Source: Catajapyx aquilonaris
Lineage: Eukaryota
Length of the DNA stretch: 64,000 bases
Direction: 5' to 3'
Assembly (NCBI GenBank): GCA_000934665.2
Contig: KZ538493.1
Location: 1-64,000, forward strand
In this document: one piece after another, positions 23,410-36,500 of the stretch
How positions within the stretch are numbered: the stretch's first letter is position 1
How the letters are laid out: the number at the start of each line of letters is the position of its first letter
Made by a program: the position numbers and the translations under genes
Notes under the pieces: generated by a model
Databases searched by the model: none
What the model saw: the letters and a program-made list of their open reading frames with translations, nothing else
What the model was told of the DNA's origin: nothing

Positions 23410-26400
23410 ATGAATGGATTCATCGCAGTTCATGTTGGTAAGATAATGACTCTCATGCTGTAGGATTAGTGCGGTATTGAAACCAACAACAATGGGCATG
23501 CCCAAGCGAAAGGTGACATTCTTCTAGTTAAGTTTTGGTACAAACTTGTTATTCGCACAGGTGCAGGGAATCAGTCTGCTAAGCGCAGCCCGCTGTACCG
23601 TGCGCTTTGCGATGCGTCGTGCTTGCGTGCGATGGAGATTGTCCAGTCAGGCGGGTCCGCATTGGAAGCCGCAGTTGCAGCCACGGCTCACCTGGAAGAC
23701 TCGGATCTGACCAACGCAGGGACAGGGTCCAACCTGACTGAAGCCGGAATAGTCGAGTGTGACGCAAGTGTGATGGATGGAAACTCGCTGCTGTTCGGAG
23801 GTGTGGGGGCCGCTCCTTGCGTTAAGAACCCGGTGTTGGTTGCGAAGGAGGTGTGCGTGCAGCAGGCCAAAGGATTCCTCCCGTTGGGCAGGGTTCGTCC
23901 AAGCCTGGTGGTCGGAGAAGGGGCCACTAGGTGGGCTAATAAACATGGGTTGGCCATAGTACACCCGAAGGAACTAATGAGCGGTGAGTCTCATGTTGTC
24001 AGATTCATACAGGCCAACCTGTATTCATACGAACTGTACAGTGAATGTTAAATTACTGTTTTTCAGAGGCATCCCAGAAGAGGTATCTCTCTTTTAAAAA
24101 TAGGCTGTTACAATATTACTGCAGCGAGGATGCTGAGTCTGGCGTTGTGGTCGATGGGAACAAGAAGATGAAGGTGGAGATTGTGACAGAGGATGATGAT
24201 GTGAAGGAGGAGGTTCAGGACACTATTGGTGCGGTGTGCTTGGATGGGACGGGAGGTGTCGCTGCCACTGTTTCCAGTGGCGGGATAGCCATCAAGCAAC
24301 CGGGGAGAATTGGGCAGGTGGGTTGGATTACTAGGCATAGTTTGGTCCCCTCATTAGGATAATTAATAAAGTACTAGAAAAACCCTCGCTTCACTCTCAC
24401 TTTTCTATGGCACAGGCCAAGAACGCCACTCGCTTCATTCGCGTTTTCTAGGCCTGCGGCCTGGGGTGGTGGAGCCCATTTTGTTAATCCCTCCAATGAT
24501 GATGCCCACCCCCCCAATCATATGCACCACCCCCATCCGTTCCTCCGTTTTAAGGTGCATTCACATATCCATGATTCCATATTAGAAGCAGTTCAAAATT
24601 CGACCACAATTGATTATGCAATTGAATTTTCAATTATAGCAATGTTCCAAACAAAGGGTCGCCAACACGCTGCACCGTTCCAAACAAAGGGTTGCCAACA
24701 CACAACAACGTTCCAAACAAAGGGTCACCAACACACAGCAACGTTCCAAACAAAGGGTCACCAACACACAGCAACATTCCAAACAAAGAGTCGCCAACAC
24801 ACAGCAACGTTCCAAACAAAGGGTCACCAACACACAGTAACATTCCAAACAAAGNNNNNNNNNNNNNNNNNNNNNNNNNNNNNNNNNNNNNNNNNNNNNN
24901 NNNNNNNNNNNNNNNNNNNNNNNNNNNNNNNNNNNNNNNNNNNNNNNNNNNNNNNNNNNNNNNNNNNNNNNNNNNNNNNNNNNNNNNNNNNNNNNNNNNN
25001 NNNNNNNGTTCCAAACAAAGGGTCACCAACACACAGCAACGTTCCAAACAAAGGGTCGCCAACACACAACAACGTTCCAAACAAAGGGTCCCCAACACAC
25101 AACAACGTTCCAAACAAAGGGTCCCCAACACACAGCAACATTCCAAACAAAGGGTCACCAACACACAACAATTACGTTCCAAACAAAGGGTCCCCAACAC
25201 ACAGCAACATTCCAAACAAAGGGTCACCAACACACAACAACGTTCCAAACAAAGGGTTGCCAACTTAGTTTCATTCTACCTGACACTTTCTTTTGACGTT
25301 CTCGACCGTTCTCGACCTATCCCCGGGTTCAGTGTCCATGGAGTTGGCACCCCTGATAAACAACATCCCGACCTAGTCTATGTTCGGTTTGTTTACGACG
25401 TTCCAATTCGGCCATTCTCACAGGAGAGGAGATATATGTGTCCTCATTGACGTCCAGCTAGCAATTGTGGCGTTCTTCCACCCATTGCACATGCTCGGAA
25501 TGGGGGCAAATCGGAGGCATCATGGTAACAATACGTCCAGGTAACAATGGGTGGGGGCCAATCGGCGGTAACAACAATATGAGGGTGGACCAATGAGAGG
25601 GCTTATACACACACCGCAATATGGTAGATGGGATAATGGTTTTCTGATCTTGGCTGTATCATCTGTGAGAATCATGCACATCTTTGCTGTTTAATTATTA
25701 TTATTTTTAATTTGCAGGCACAGTGTACGGAAGCATTAAATGTATCGGAACTTGGCGTTAGCATACACGGTGCTGTAAAACTTCTCGCTAATCCTGAGGA
25801 TTCCAGAGTAATGCGTAGTCAAATCTGGGACATAACTAGGTACCTCTCTATTAGTGACAGGGTTATTCATATAAAAAATTTTATTGACAAGTAGGTCTGA
25901 AGTCATAAATGATTGTGATGTGCTTATTTACAGGCTGCCATTTACGGGTGTGGCTGCTGGGCAGAATCATCCTCTAAGGTCTTTGGATTAGAGAAATCTG
26001 TGGCTGTGAGCACCAGTGGATGTGGAGAGCACCTGGTGAGGACCTTCCTAGCCAAAGAGTGTGCACAAGCCTTCTCCTCAACAGATACAATCCCAGCCAT
26101 TGCCCTACAAGATGTCATCAACGAAAAGTTTGTGGGATCACGATACTTGCAAGATGTCAACGAGAAGCTCTGCGGAGTCATTGCCGTTGGATACGCCCCA
26201 GAGGATAAAAGGGGCGACTTCGTATGTGCCCACACAACTCCAACTATGTTTGTGGGGTCGATGAGCTCTACTGACCGGCAACCCAAAGTAAGCTCTTTCA
26301 ATCGCTCGTAATTGAACTGCAAAAAAAAATTATACTCTGCACATTTTCTGCAGTTAAAATACAGATACCTTATAATGCAATGTAGATCACTGATGTACTT

Positions 26401-26576
26401 ATTTTATTGGCAAGAAGTTTAATTACATTTCACATACTTCTTAACAATGAAAATTCATGAGTTGATATTTACATTTTGTGTACTCTTTTTAGAGTGTTTT
26501 GTCCTGTATGCCTGGGCTGTCCATTATTGGACACAGCATCGCAGTGGAAGGAAGGTCCTTCTCCTTCAAAGACTGA
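23410..26576 (+). CDS. TASP1: Threonine aspartase 1 (Taspase 1), Ntn-hydrolase
   Basis: Exons 23410-23437 (MNGFIAVHV), 23561-23983 (GAG...LEDSDLTNAGTGSNL...ECDASVMDG), 24067-24317 (autocleavage site QD/TIGAV, SSGG...PGRIGQ), 25934-26287 (AAIYGCGCWA...STSGCGEHL) and 26493-26576. Phases are consistent. Confidence 0.95.
24644..25263. repeat. 33-bp minisatellite in Taspase intron 3 (contains an assembly gap at 24855-25007)
   Basis: Unit GTTCCAAACAAAGGGTCACCAACACACAGCAAC repeated head to tail with point variants and no unique spacers. Confidence 0.95.
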
Positions 26577-27486
26577 CTCGCTTACACCTTATGGAGAGGA
26601 CACGTCCATACCTGGAATATCTCGATTATAATCATGGACTCTTGTTACGTGCTCATTTTTAGTGGGTTGTGAGTGGATGATATTTTTGGTCGTCCCTGTT
26701 GTTGATTTATTCCTATGGTTGGCTAGTTTGATACAGAAAGATGCTCTGATACTGGTGATAGGAATAATTCCTGCCATTAGAAGTGGTACTTGCACTAAAG
26801 TTTAAAGAAGACACATGGTGCAAATTAAGGTCAGGTGTCTGGGAACTTGATACAAATTCAATAATTCAAACAAAATAATCAAAATCAACTTCATTTTTGT
26901 ACTGTTATGAGCCAAAAAGTAGTACTGTGCTCCCAAATATCTTCGTGCAAATTAATATCTGTTTGACGGCATATCTGTGCAATGCCAAAAAATTAAGTTG
27001 GAAAAAAATTTCAGTATGTCTTGCAAATAAATATGACAGACTTTTTCTTGAAGACAAATTAAAAATCTATGGTACCAGGTTTTATTATTTTGATTAAACC
27101 ATATTTAAAGCTTCATACACTATGTACAGTAGTACATTAAAAACCTGTGAATCGCCCATTTTTGGATTATCCTTGTTTTCCGATTATCTGGCAACATCTG
27201 TGCAGTCATTAGCACGGACAATCGGGAGTACAGTGCACTTGCAATTTTCACAACCTTGATGCCATCATCATGACTACCTCATCAGGGGTAGACATTATGA
27301 TGGCATAAAAGTCATGACAAGTGACAAAAGTCGTGACAAGTGCAAGGCTTGAGAAAGGGGTAGGAAATAAACAAATAATGACTACCTCATCATCATTTCA
27401 TGGAGGTGTCAGCACAATTTCATGACAGTCAATATCAATGTCATTACGTAAGTTATGCTTTTGTGTTATTATATTCACAAGAACTA

Positions 27487-27597
27487 GGGGTGGAATTTTT
27501 GTCCCATTGCTAGCTACTGCTAACTTAGCAGTACGATGGCCAATACTGGTCCCACTAAGTTAGCAGTAACTAGCAGTGGGACGAAAATTCAACCCTA
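27487..27597. mobile_element. Short palindromic MITE (family also at about 9205, 13407, 34891, 54107)
   Basis: Hairpin gggtggaatttttgtcccattgctagctactgctaacttag...ctaagttagcagtaactagcagtgggacgaaaattcaaccc. Confidence 0.75.
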
Positions 27598-27727
27598 GAT
27601 TTAGTAAATATTTAAAAGATGACATCTGTTGGCGAACATTTTCCTTTTTACCGGACTTCATTGGATTCAGTGTATGAAATTAACTGAGTCAGTGCATTTT
27701 TCTCTGTTGAACTGGACTTATTACGGT

Positions 27728-28502
27728 CCAGCCCCAGCCGCCTAGAATCTATGGGCTGAGAACTCGACTGCCAGGTACCAGCTATACCCCCCACCGCCAA
27801 GTTTTCCTCTTACTCGTGCGCTGAAGATACGAACAAGATATTTTACAAATAATAACAGCTCTACTTACTCTTTCATGCAAAACACAACATATGTATTGGA
27901 AACAATTTTCCTTGGATACAAGTCCGCAAATTAATTTCCAAAAAGATCGCTGTAAAATATGAAAATATGAGTACTACCGGCCAACTGTTTTTAATTATGG
28001 GATTTAATTATGAAATACGTTAAAATATACGGAATAACAATCTTGAGAACCATTCCAGAAGACTGTTGAAATCGTTGTACTTTCCGAGAAATAAATTAAT
28101 CTTTTTCTGCGACTTGCCTGTCACTTCGGATTACTCCCAAATTTACTTGCTTCTCGAAAAGTACGACTATTTCAGCAAATCCATTTGGCGCTCTTCTCAA
28201 AATTGTTATTCCGTATATTGTAACTTATGACATAACTAAATCAGCCTAAAAGTTGGCCTGTAGTACTCTAATTTCGAGTTTTTACAGCTGTATTTTTGGA
28301 AATTAATTTAGGGACTTCTATGGGAGGGAAATTGTTTTTAACACATTCATAAGGTTTTTTCCCTGAACGGGTAAGGAGAGCTGCTATTATTTGTAAAATA
28401 TCTTGTTCGTATCTTCAGCGCACGAGTAAGCACAAGTAGCGAGTGTAGCTGGTACCTGGCGGTCTAGTTCTCACCACCTAGATTCTAGGTAGCTGGGGCT
28501 GG
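27728..28502. mobile_element. Foldback element with about 370-bp diverged inverted arms
   Basis: Termini CCAGCCCCAGC...GCTGGGGCTGG; internal perfect inverted block cttactcgtgcgctgaagatacgaacaagatattttacaaataata. Confidence 0.8.
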
Positions 28503-30090
28503 CTAAGTGGATCATTTATGAAGGATTCTTTGTAAATACTATACTTATTTATTCTCTTTATGCTCATTTTTGCCTTGGCTGAGGAAGGAGTTGGGGGATA
28601 AGAATATTATAGGCAGTGACTTATTTTGTGGAATTATCGGAGTGTTGCAACTGACTGGAAATCGCAAGTTACGGGCTAGATTGTCTTAGCCATTTTTGTT
28701 GCATTACTTGTGAATCAAGTTATAAAGAAATACAACGACTTGTTTCAGAATAGCTTAAATTGTGTGAGTGAAAGCTGCCAACCATTCCAAATGGCAGCTC
28801 GGAACTGGGACCATTGATGTAATAAATCATTTAAATTCTACATCTGTGCTAAACTTGCTAGATTCCTACATTGCATTTCAGCTTAGTTCAAAATACGACA
28901 ATTTGTAAAGTACAAAAATGGAATTACATTGGCATCCCTACCTGATGGTAATAATAATAATAAATCTCAGTGGGAGTATGCAGTTTATTCATTTGAAATT
29001 TCTTGGAATTGAGGTGAGTGTGAAATATCGGTTAAACTGGCATTCAGGGGAGGACCTTCTGAAAGAACGACCTGGGTGACTATCTCTGCTTGAATTTCAT
29101 CATCTTGAGAGTTTTGAAACATGTGCGGATTCCGATAACTAAGACCGTCCCAGTAAGAGTCAGGTAATTGCAATAATTAAGTCCGACAATGTAGATAATT
29201 CAGGTGGACAAGTGACGTCACCGTGACAGTTCCTCACACACGGGTCGGAATGCGCAAGGAACAGTGAATAGGTCAAAAGTGTATTCTCTAATCTTTGGGA
29301 ATGCGCCCTACACCAGAATTCAAGAAGGGCGACTGTTCTTTTCTGACTTGGTTCCTTCGACGAATTATTTGGAGAGATTTCCATCACCGAAGGGGACAGA
29401 TTGGTCTCTGGTTGCATTGCGGCTTGCAGAATCCTCCTGGGTCCATCAGCAGAACATCTGTGGAAAGGAGGGTGTCGTGACTCCAGAAGTGGCTGTAAGG
29501 ATTTCCATGGCACTAGAGCTCAGCGTTACCACATGATTTGATCCCTATCCTACACTGGCATGTACCCTGGCCTTGTCTTGTGACTCTTCCACTCCGGTGC
29601 AGCTCTGGACCAAGGTGTGGCTCCTCTGATGTGTTATGATGTAGCGTGTGGAATTCAGTTTGCATTACGACCAATATTTATTCTTCCAAGTCATGCAGGA
29701 GACAAGTGGGTTGTAACACGCCATGATGCCACATATTATGAGAGGTTTTCATTGCAGAAACAGATATGCCATTGCCAATATTCGTATTTATTGCACAATT
29801 TTTTACATCACAGGACTGACTAGCAATGCCGCTGATTCTGATTAACAAAAATCAAATATTTTCCAAGTCAATTTATTGACCGTTGCTAATAACACAGGTG
29901 ACTGCAAGTGCCTTTACATGAGCAATTCCCAATTATTACAAAAACCGGCACAGTCAATAGCTAACTCAAGTTTAATTTATCTCGTTGACACGCGTTGACA
30001 GCATTAGCTCTTAACGGTCAGTTAAGACGCGGAAAAATGTTAAGTCATGGTGGAAGAAAATATGGAAAAAAATAATATGGAAATATCCAT

Positions 30091-30110
30091 CCAATGACGT
30101 CACTTCCGCC
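30091..30110. promoter_or_regulatory. Overlapping CRE/ETS motif upstream of the ATF7IP-like gene
   Basis: TGACGTCACTTCCG at 30095-30108, at the start of a CpG-rich stretch about 700 bp before the first coding exon. Confidence 0.5.
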
Positions 30111-30788
30111 CGCAGCAGGATGACCGGATGTCCCCCCGCGCCGTAAAATAGTTCCGCACGTGTGTATCCCTACGCCCAACGGTCGAACTATTTGCAAATG
30201 GAACGTTCTTGTGTCGTCGTCGGTGTCTCATCATCTATCGGGTCCTTTCTAACCCACTGCAGCTCTTATTTCGGCTAGTTCCCTTCTGCCCCCCTCACAG
30301 TGTCCTAAGAATGCAGATGGGAGGAGGAATAAGTCCGCTTGCATCAGACTGCTGGCGTGTCCAGATTCACGGTCAGTTTTTGGTGAAGTTTTAAAAGATG
30401 CGTACCCTTATTGGGACGTGTTGGGCAATGTCGGGGGGCTGCCTGGTAATTTGTTGGACACATTGTTGCATAACACCGGTCCATTTGGCCCGACTGACTG
30501 GGGACCTGTTTTAGCTGTCACAATAAGAGATATTTGGAGTTGTGTTGCACTAGTGTGGCATGAATAACCCACATGCCCACATGCATTTTTTTTTTAAATA
30601 GTACAAAAAAAATAGGACAAAATGTGCGAACTTGTTTTGGTCTGTCTTCAGAAAAAAAGGAGACAAGTGATGTTGCTCTCCTTCTGAGGAGCACCTTAGA
30701 TTTATTGTCAGAAAGTATGGACCTCTTGCACCACACACCTTGTAAATTGTGAATCTCTTGTCAAGATGTTTCACCCTATTCAGGAACC

Positions 30789-33432
30789 ATGGGCTCGTCT
30801 GCAGAAGATAAGGCAGGAGTAAAGCGCCAGGGAGAACTCTCCCCATCATATGACTCGACAGTGAAAAATAAAAGGATAGCCTATAGCAGTTCAAGATCTG
30901 CTGCTGAGGGAAGTAGTAAGTCCTGTACTGGAATAAAAATAGGTGACAATTCCCTCAGTGGATTGCTAAAGGCCACCAATGAAGAAACTAAGAACAAAGG
31001 AAATGCAGAAACTGTATCCTCCAATGAAGTGAACGTGGGGCACAAGGAAGACACTGCATCAGGTGACGAAACAATGACTCGGTCTCAGATGATATACCTA
31101 TCACCCAAGGTAGGCCAACATATTTCAATCATTCATTCATGTGTTACTCTATATTGTTGTGTTAATATGCCATGCAAGCAGCCAATATTTCCCACACAGT
31201 GAAACAATCCCTGAGCATCTCTTGTGTGAAAATGACATGCTAGCAGTTCTTTCAACTTTGCAAGGTGCTACTGAGCTGTAGTATTGGCAATGATTCAAAG
31301 CAGCAATACCTACCTTTGATCCATCCACATTATTTTCTTGGGTCATGGTAAACGTGTCTTTGGTGCAGTCGTGAATGGTGACACACACTTGCGTCATAAT
31401 GCAGTGATATTACAACACAGCACACATCAAACTTGCCGCACAACGTAGACATATAACTACACCATCCAGTGTTGTTGCAATGTATGGCGATATGTGATAG
31501 TTGAAAATGTAGGTTTTTGCAGATATTTTTAAGACAAAACCATTGAAATCTCTGCTTCCGTAAAACCTAGAATTTATTTAATTATTTATTTGTTTTATAG
31601 CATTTTTGAAGAGGCTTTCCAACATGCCGTACACCTTTCATTTGCACAGTAAGATTGAGCAATTTAAAACCTCGAGATGTGGGGTGGTTCTAAACTTTCG
31701 GGAAGGACTGTGCTGCTCATCATTTTCACTATTATTGTCAGTGACTGTGAAAATAAGAGTTGATAATTTAACATTTGTCTTGCCACGGGCACCTCTTTCT
31801 GATGCTGGTGTGTTGTTTGCCTATTTTTGTGTGCAGTATTAGCTGAAAGAATCCACGATTCAATAGATGGCTTTAAAACACTTCCCTTATCCTCTGTTGC
31901 ACCCACTTTGTTTATGAAAAGTGACTAATGTATTGTTGCAGGTAGGGACATGTGTATCCTGTTTACTTCACCAGCAGCACCTGAAAATAAGAAAATTATT
32001 TTGAAAGAAATTCTCTGTAAAGAACCAAGTAAAGGTTTTACCAGCATCACTCGAACAGTAGTTCTGTATAAATATTTTACATTTGGAAGCTTTCCTCAAG
32101 AGAATAGTTTCCTTTCGGCATGTGAACCCGCAAGTTTATTCCTGTTTGTTGTTTGGAACATGTATGGAGATCATTTCCATTTGCAACACTACCAACAGCT
32201 TATTTTTCTTGTTACAGGAATTAGAGGATGTGATTGTGAAGAGTGTTGTTACTGAATTGAAAGCGGGAGTCCCAAATGGAATGCATGACCAAATGGTGCG
32301 CCAACTGCAAGAGCGTATTTCACGTCTAGAGAAAGAACGTATTCTTATGCAGAAGCAAGTGAGTCTGGATCATCTGGGTTTTTGTCAATTTATTAGCCAG
32401 GAATTCTACTTTTTCTTTGTTGCCTACAGAATTCCTTCAATCTGATGTCCCTGAGTTGGTATAACTACTATATCCCTCAAACAGATGGAGACTATTTTGC
32501 ATTGAAACCAAATGCAAAATCATCTCCATCTTTTTGAGCAACATGGTACCTAGAAACAAAATAGCAGGTCACGAGCCTGCTAGTGAATACATAAAATTCT
32601 GGCTTCCTGGCTCCTAATGAATCTTTAGGACTAATGGACTTTACCTGACAATAGCTAGAGCACAAATATTCTGCAAATAACTCAAAACCACACATATTGG
32701 GCTTGGAATACGCTTGTATGCTGCCAATTTACAGATTGCTATGTAATTCACCCTGTTGTTAGAAGCAGCTGCTCCAGATTGGAAGGCATTGTGCTCCTTG
32801 AGATTCACTGGCTTTGAAAGAACTTTTCAAGGGAACATGCGTAATCATTGCCTAGCATTTGGTAAGGTTGGTCTCTATGGCATACTAAGGAGTAAAACCT
32901 GCAAGACCATTTGCAAAAAAATATATACGTAAGACAAATTTCGTTCTGCTATATACTCCTGATTATCCGGGCTAATGAATGTTGGATGCTGATACCCATT
33001 GTAACACGGCAGATGTTGAGACAATAATTTGATTACTGCTCTCCTAGATATGTATAAATTGTAATAAGGTGAGAGCGTACAGACAGAATTTTTACACTTG
33101 CTTGCATTTTACCTCTGACAGGTTTTGATATATTGTTTGTTTGTTTGTTTGTTTGTTTACCCCATTCTCAGATTCTTTGATAGTTTGATTTCCGGTATAA
33201 TTAATGCCAGCCTGTATAATTAGTGGAAACCTGACGCTCTCATGAGCCTATGTTAAAACTATTTCAGATAAGTGGCATGTCAATAGTGATCAAGGCGTTT
33301 ATTCGGGAAAGTATGGCTGCTGGGAAGCGTTTTGTTGTACCTAGGATGATGACCCGAACTGTTGGGATTCAGTTCAACACTGAGGTGAGTAGCAGTAGTA
33401 TAGTAGTAGACTCACAGGAGCCGTCAATAAAT

Positions 33433-33507
<75 letters not shown>

Positions 33508-36500
33508 ACTCACAGGAGCTGCAAGGATTTCTCTCTCCCTCTCGTCCCTCTCTCGATTTTTTGTCATTTCCAATTTTTTCAAATGTTTAATTTTGTGGGT
33601 AAATTTGAAAGGTCGGTAACGTAAAACTTCGTAAAAAGAGGGCTACCTGTAAATGTACAGCGACCCTGTTACTGAGCTACGTACATGGCCTTTTATAGGG
33701 AATTGCCCTTTTAAATTATCATGCTGACTCTCATTAACTCTTGCTCCTATGTTCTGATGACCACTAGTAAACCTCTGCAGCATACGTTCAGTTTGAAGCT
33801 GTGCATTATATATTTCCAAACAAAGTTCAGGGTTCAAATTCTGCCCAACGATTAGAAGGTGCTGCTGAGAAATGAAAAGTTGGCATTGGTACAACTTAAA
33901 CTGAGACAGTGGTGTAATAATTATTGCAAATGGAGTTTGAGCCCCTGCCATTTTTTGAGAAATCAGCCATGATTTGTTTGCCTCCACTAGGCACTGCTAG
34001 CCACTTCTAGCACGAAAAACGGGCCGAATTCATCACTTCCATTAGCATGCACAGCTGCTTCTGCAAGTCAACTGCCAGAGAAGCCAACAATTACACCTAT
34101 CCCTTCATTCAAAACTGCTGCGAAAGCTGACAATTCTGCTATTCCTCGAAGCTTATTACGGACCAATCAAATTGCTCCCCCAGTACAGAATCAAGTAAGT
34201 ACATCAGTTACAAAAATTTAGGACAAGAACATTGGAGGTGGGTCAGGAATCAAAATTTGTCACTTTTTTACTTTTCCAAACTATGACAGTTTGCATGTCA
34301 TGCAATGGTATTGGTATGGTGTGTTTCTCTTTGTCAGTCACTCTGAGTGTGTGGTGATTTGATTTGATTCAGGTGCATTGATTGATTGGTGGATATTATT
34401 TTGTAGGCTGTAAAACTTGAAATATTTGTATATTTTATGATTCTAGTGACCAGTAAGGCTAGAATAGTGAACCTGTTTTTTTTTTTTTTCCAAATTAACC
34501 TAGATCCATAGTTCAATTCCTATGGTCCCAGAAAAAAATCTGATTTGTAAATAAAACCAGCACCTGTCATTCCTCTCTTTGTAGTTTTCCTGCATCTATT
34601 GTTCAGGATTATTAGTCCCAAAGAACATGAATCCCAAACTGGTCATTTTAAAGAAAGAACAAAACGACATGCATACACAAACGTTAGAGTGTATTTGTTA
34701 CAGCAGCTAATATTTTTGTAACATGATGTACCAAGTATTAGCAAAAAAATATCATTAGTGCAATTAGGTCTCAAAAAATACAATACTGTACTCCCGATTA
34801 TCCAGGTACTGATTATAATCCGCAACACACGGATATGACCCGTGTTGTGAATTATCCATGCATCACCAAAAAATGTGTTGAATATTAGTCCCACTGATAA
34901 CTACTTATAACTGATGGCGTAAGTTAGCAGTAACTAGCAGCGGAACAAAAATTCCACCCACTGTCAATGTGTCTCGCCAACGAAGCAATACGTATAAGCT
35001 TATATCCAAAGCAGTTTTTTTCAGTTCAACCAAGAGTAAAAGAAAAGTGAACATTGGAATGATGGCAATTGCTGTGAAGCTATTCAGCTCAGAACAAAAA
35101 TTACATGCTCATACATTATGAGTAGCCATTGTGCCATTTTTCCCACCTGTTGTAAATAAACTCTTTAAGTTTTTGGTACCATTAAACTTTTCCTATAGGC
35201 TGTACTGTATGTAAACAATAGGAATGTGGTTGCCAGTTCTTGCAATGTGCGCTATTGTTTTGCATCATGGACAGGTGCCGACATGTCTCCCAAGTGCACC
35301 AGCAACAGGACCTGCTGTACAATCGAGAAGTTATTTCCCCAAATCTGGAGCGTTATATGAAAGTGCATCTATTGAGAAGAACGAACCAGTGCAACCAGTT
35401 TCGCCAGTGTTGAAGTCACCTGAAATTATTGATCTAACTAATGATGCTACTGAAGCTGAGGTGGCCAGGAATCGTGAGTGTTATATAATTGTGCATTGTC
35501 TTTTAGTTAAAAATAAATAAAAAATAAAATTTAGTCATTGTGCACACTGTTCATGACTTAATTTGACTCCTCCAGTAATGGTGCAGAGTAAAGTGTGATG
35601 ATAACTCATTCCAGTCATACAAGTTCATTCCAGTATTGTGCACAATATTGGAATATATACTAGCAGCAATGAGCCAGACATGGCTGTAGTGAGTAGCCAA
35701 CTTTGATTCATTGTTTGAAGTGTCAAATATTATAATACCTTTGTAAATTTTCACCAGAAATATTTTCAGAGGTGTTGCTCATCCCCTTCCCTTGTGCAGG
35801 TTTGACATCATCTTTGCTCAGGAAATACCGACGTATTAGGCCACTCCGAGTTGTGCCAGTGAACGAGACTGGTTCAGGATCACCGACACTTAATCAGGCT
35901 AGTTATGCATTAGTTGTGATTTTTATACTGTGAAGGAATTCGCAGGCTGAATCTCGCATATGCTTCCCCTGCAGACTTCCTCACAGGATCATGCTACCTC
36001 CCCTGGCACAAGCGGCATGTCTTCTGCAAGCATCCATTTGATCAGCCCCACCAGCTCACAGGTGTGTAATTTTTGGAGAACACCAACTGTGTCCCAATCT
36101 AGTCATAGCATTAGTTTTTAAGGCGTTTAAATTATGAGGTGAGTCCTACGCTGCCTTTCAGAGTCCATCAGGGAATTCTGCATCACCTGTTGCCACAAAT
36201 GTGGCTACTAATACTGAAGGACTTGCGAATCATACCCTCACAGTCTTGCCCTCACAGGTGGGTAAATTTTGCCAGATTACCTGGGTGGGATCTGCAATTT
36301 CTCTGGAAACAATTATTTTGTTTGAAGTGCTTTGGTATTTGGATGCTGCAAATTATAACGTCAGAAATCAGCTTCATTCCCCTCGTGCTTTTTCTGTTTC
36401 CTGTGGTTCATAAAATTTTGTGCCATGCATTTGAATGAAATGTGAAAGACCATGTGGCAATACTAGATGCCATAAGGTTTGACATTACTCATACTTTGAC

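Noticed and set aside
24522..25450. Long ORFs on both strands and a CRISPR-like periodicity
   Set aside because: Artefacts of a 33-bp (multiple of three) minisatellite spanning an N gap. There are no unique spacers or cas genes, and the DNA is intronic and eukaryotic.
23410..26576. Taspase 1 as a functional part of the cluster (processing family proteins)
   Set aside because: I found no Q-x-D/G-x-x-D-type cleavage site in the family proteins; adjacency alone is not evidence.
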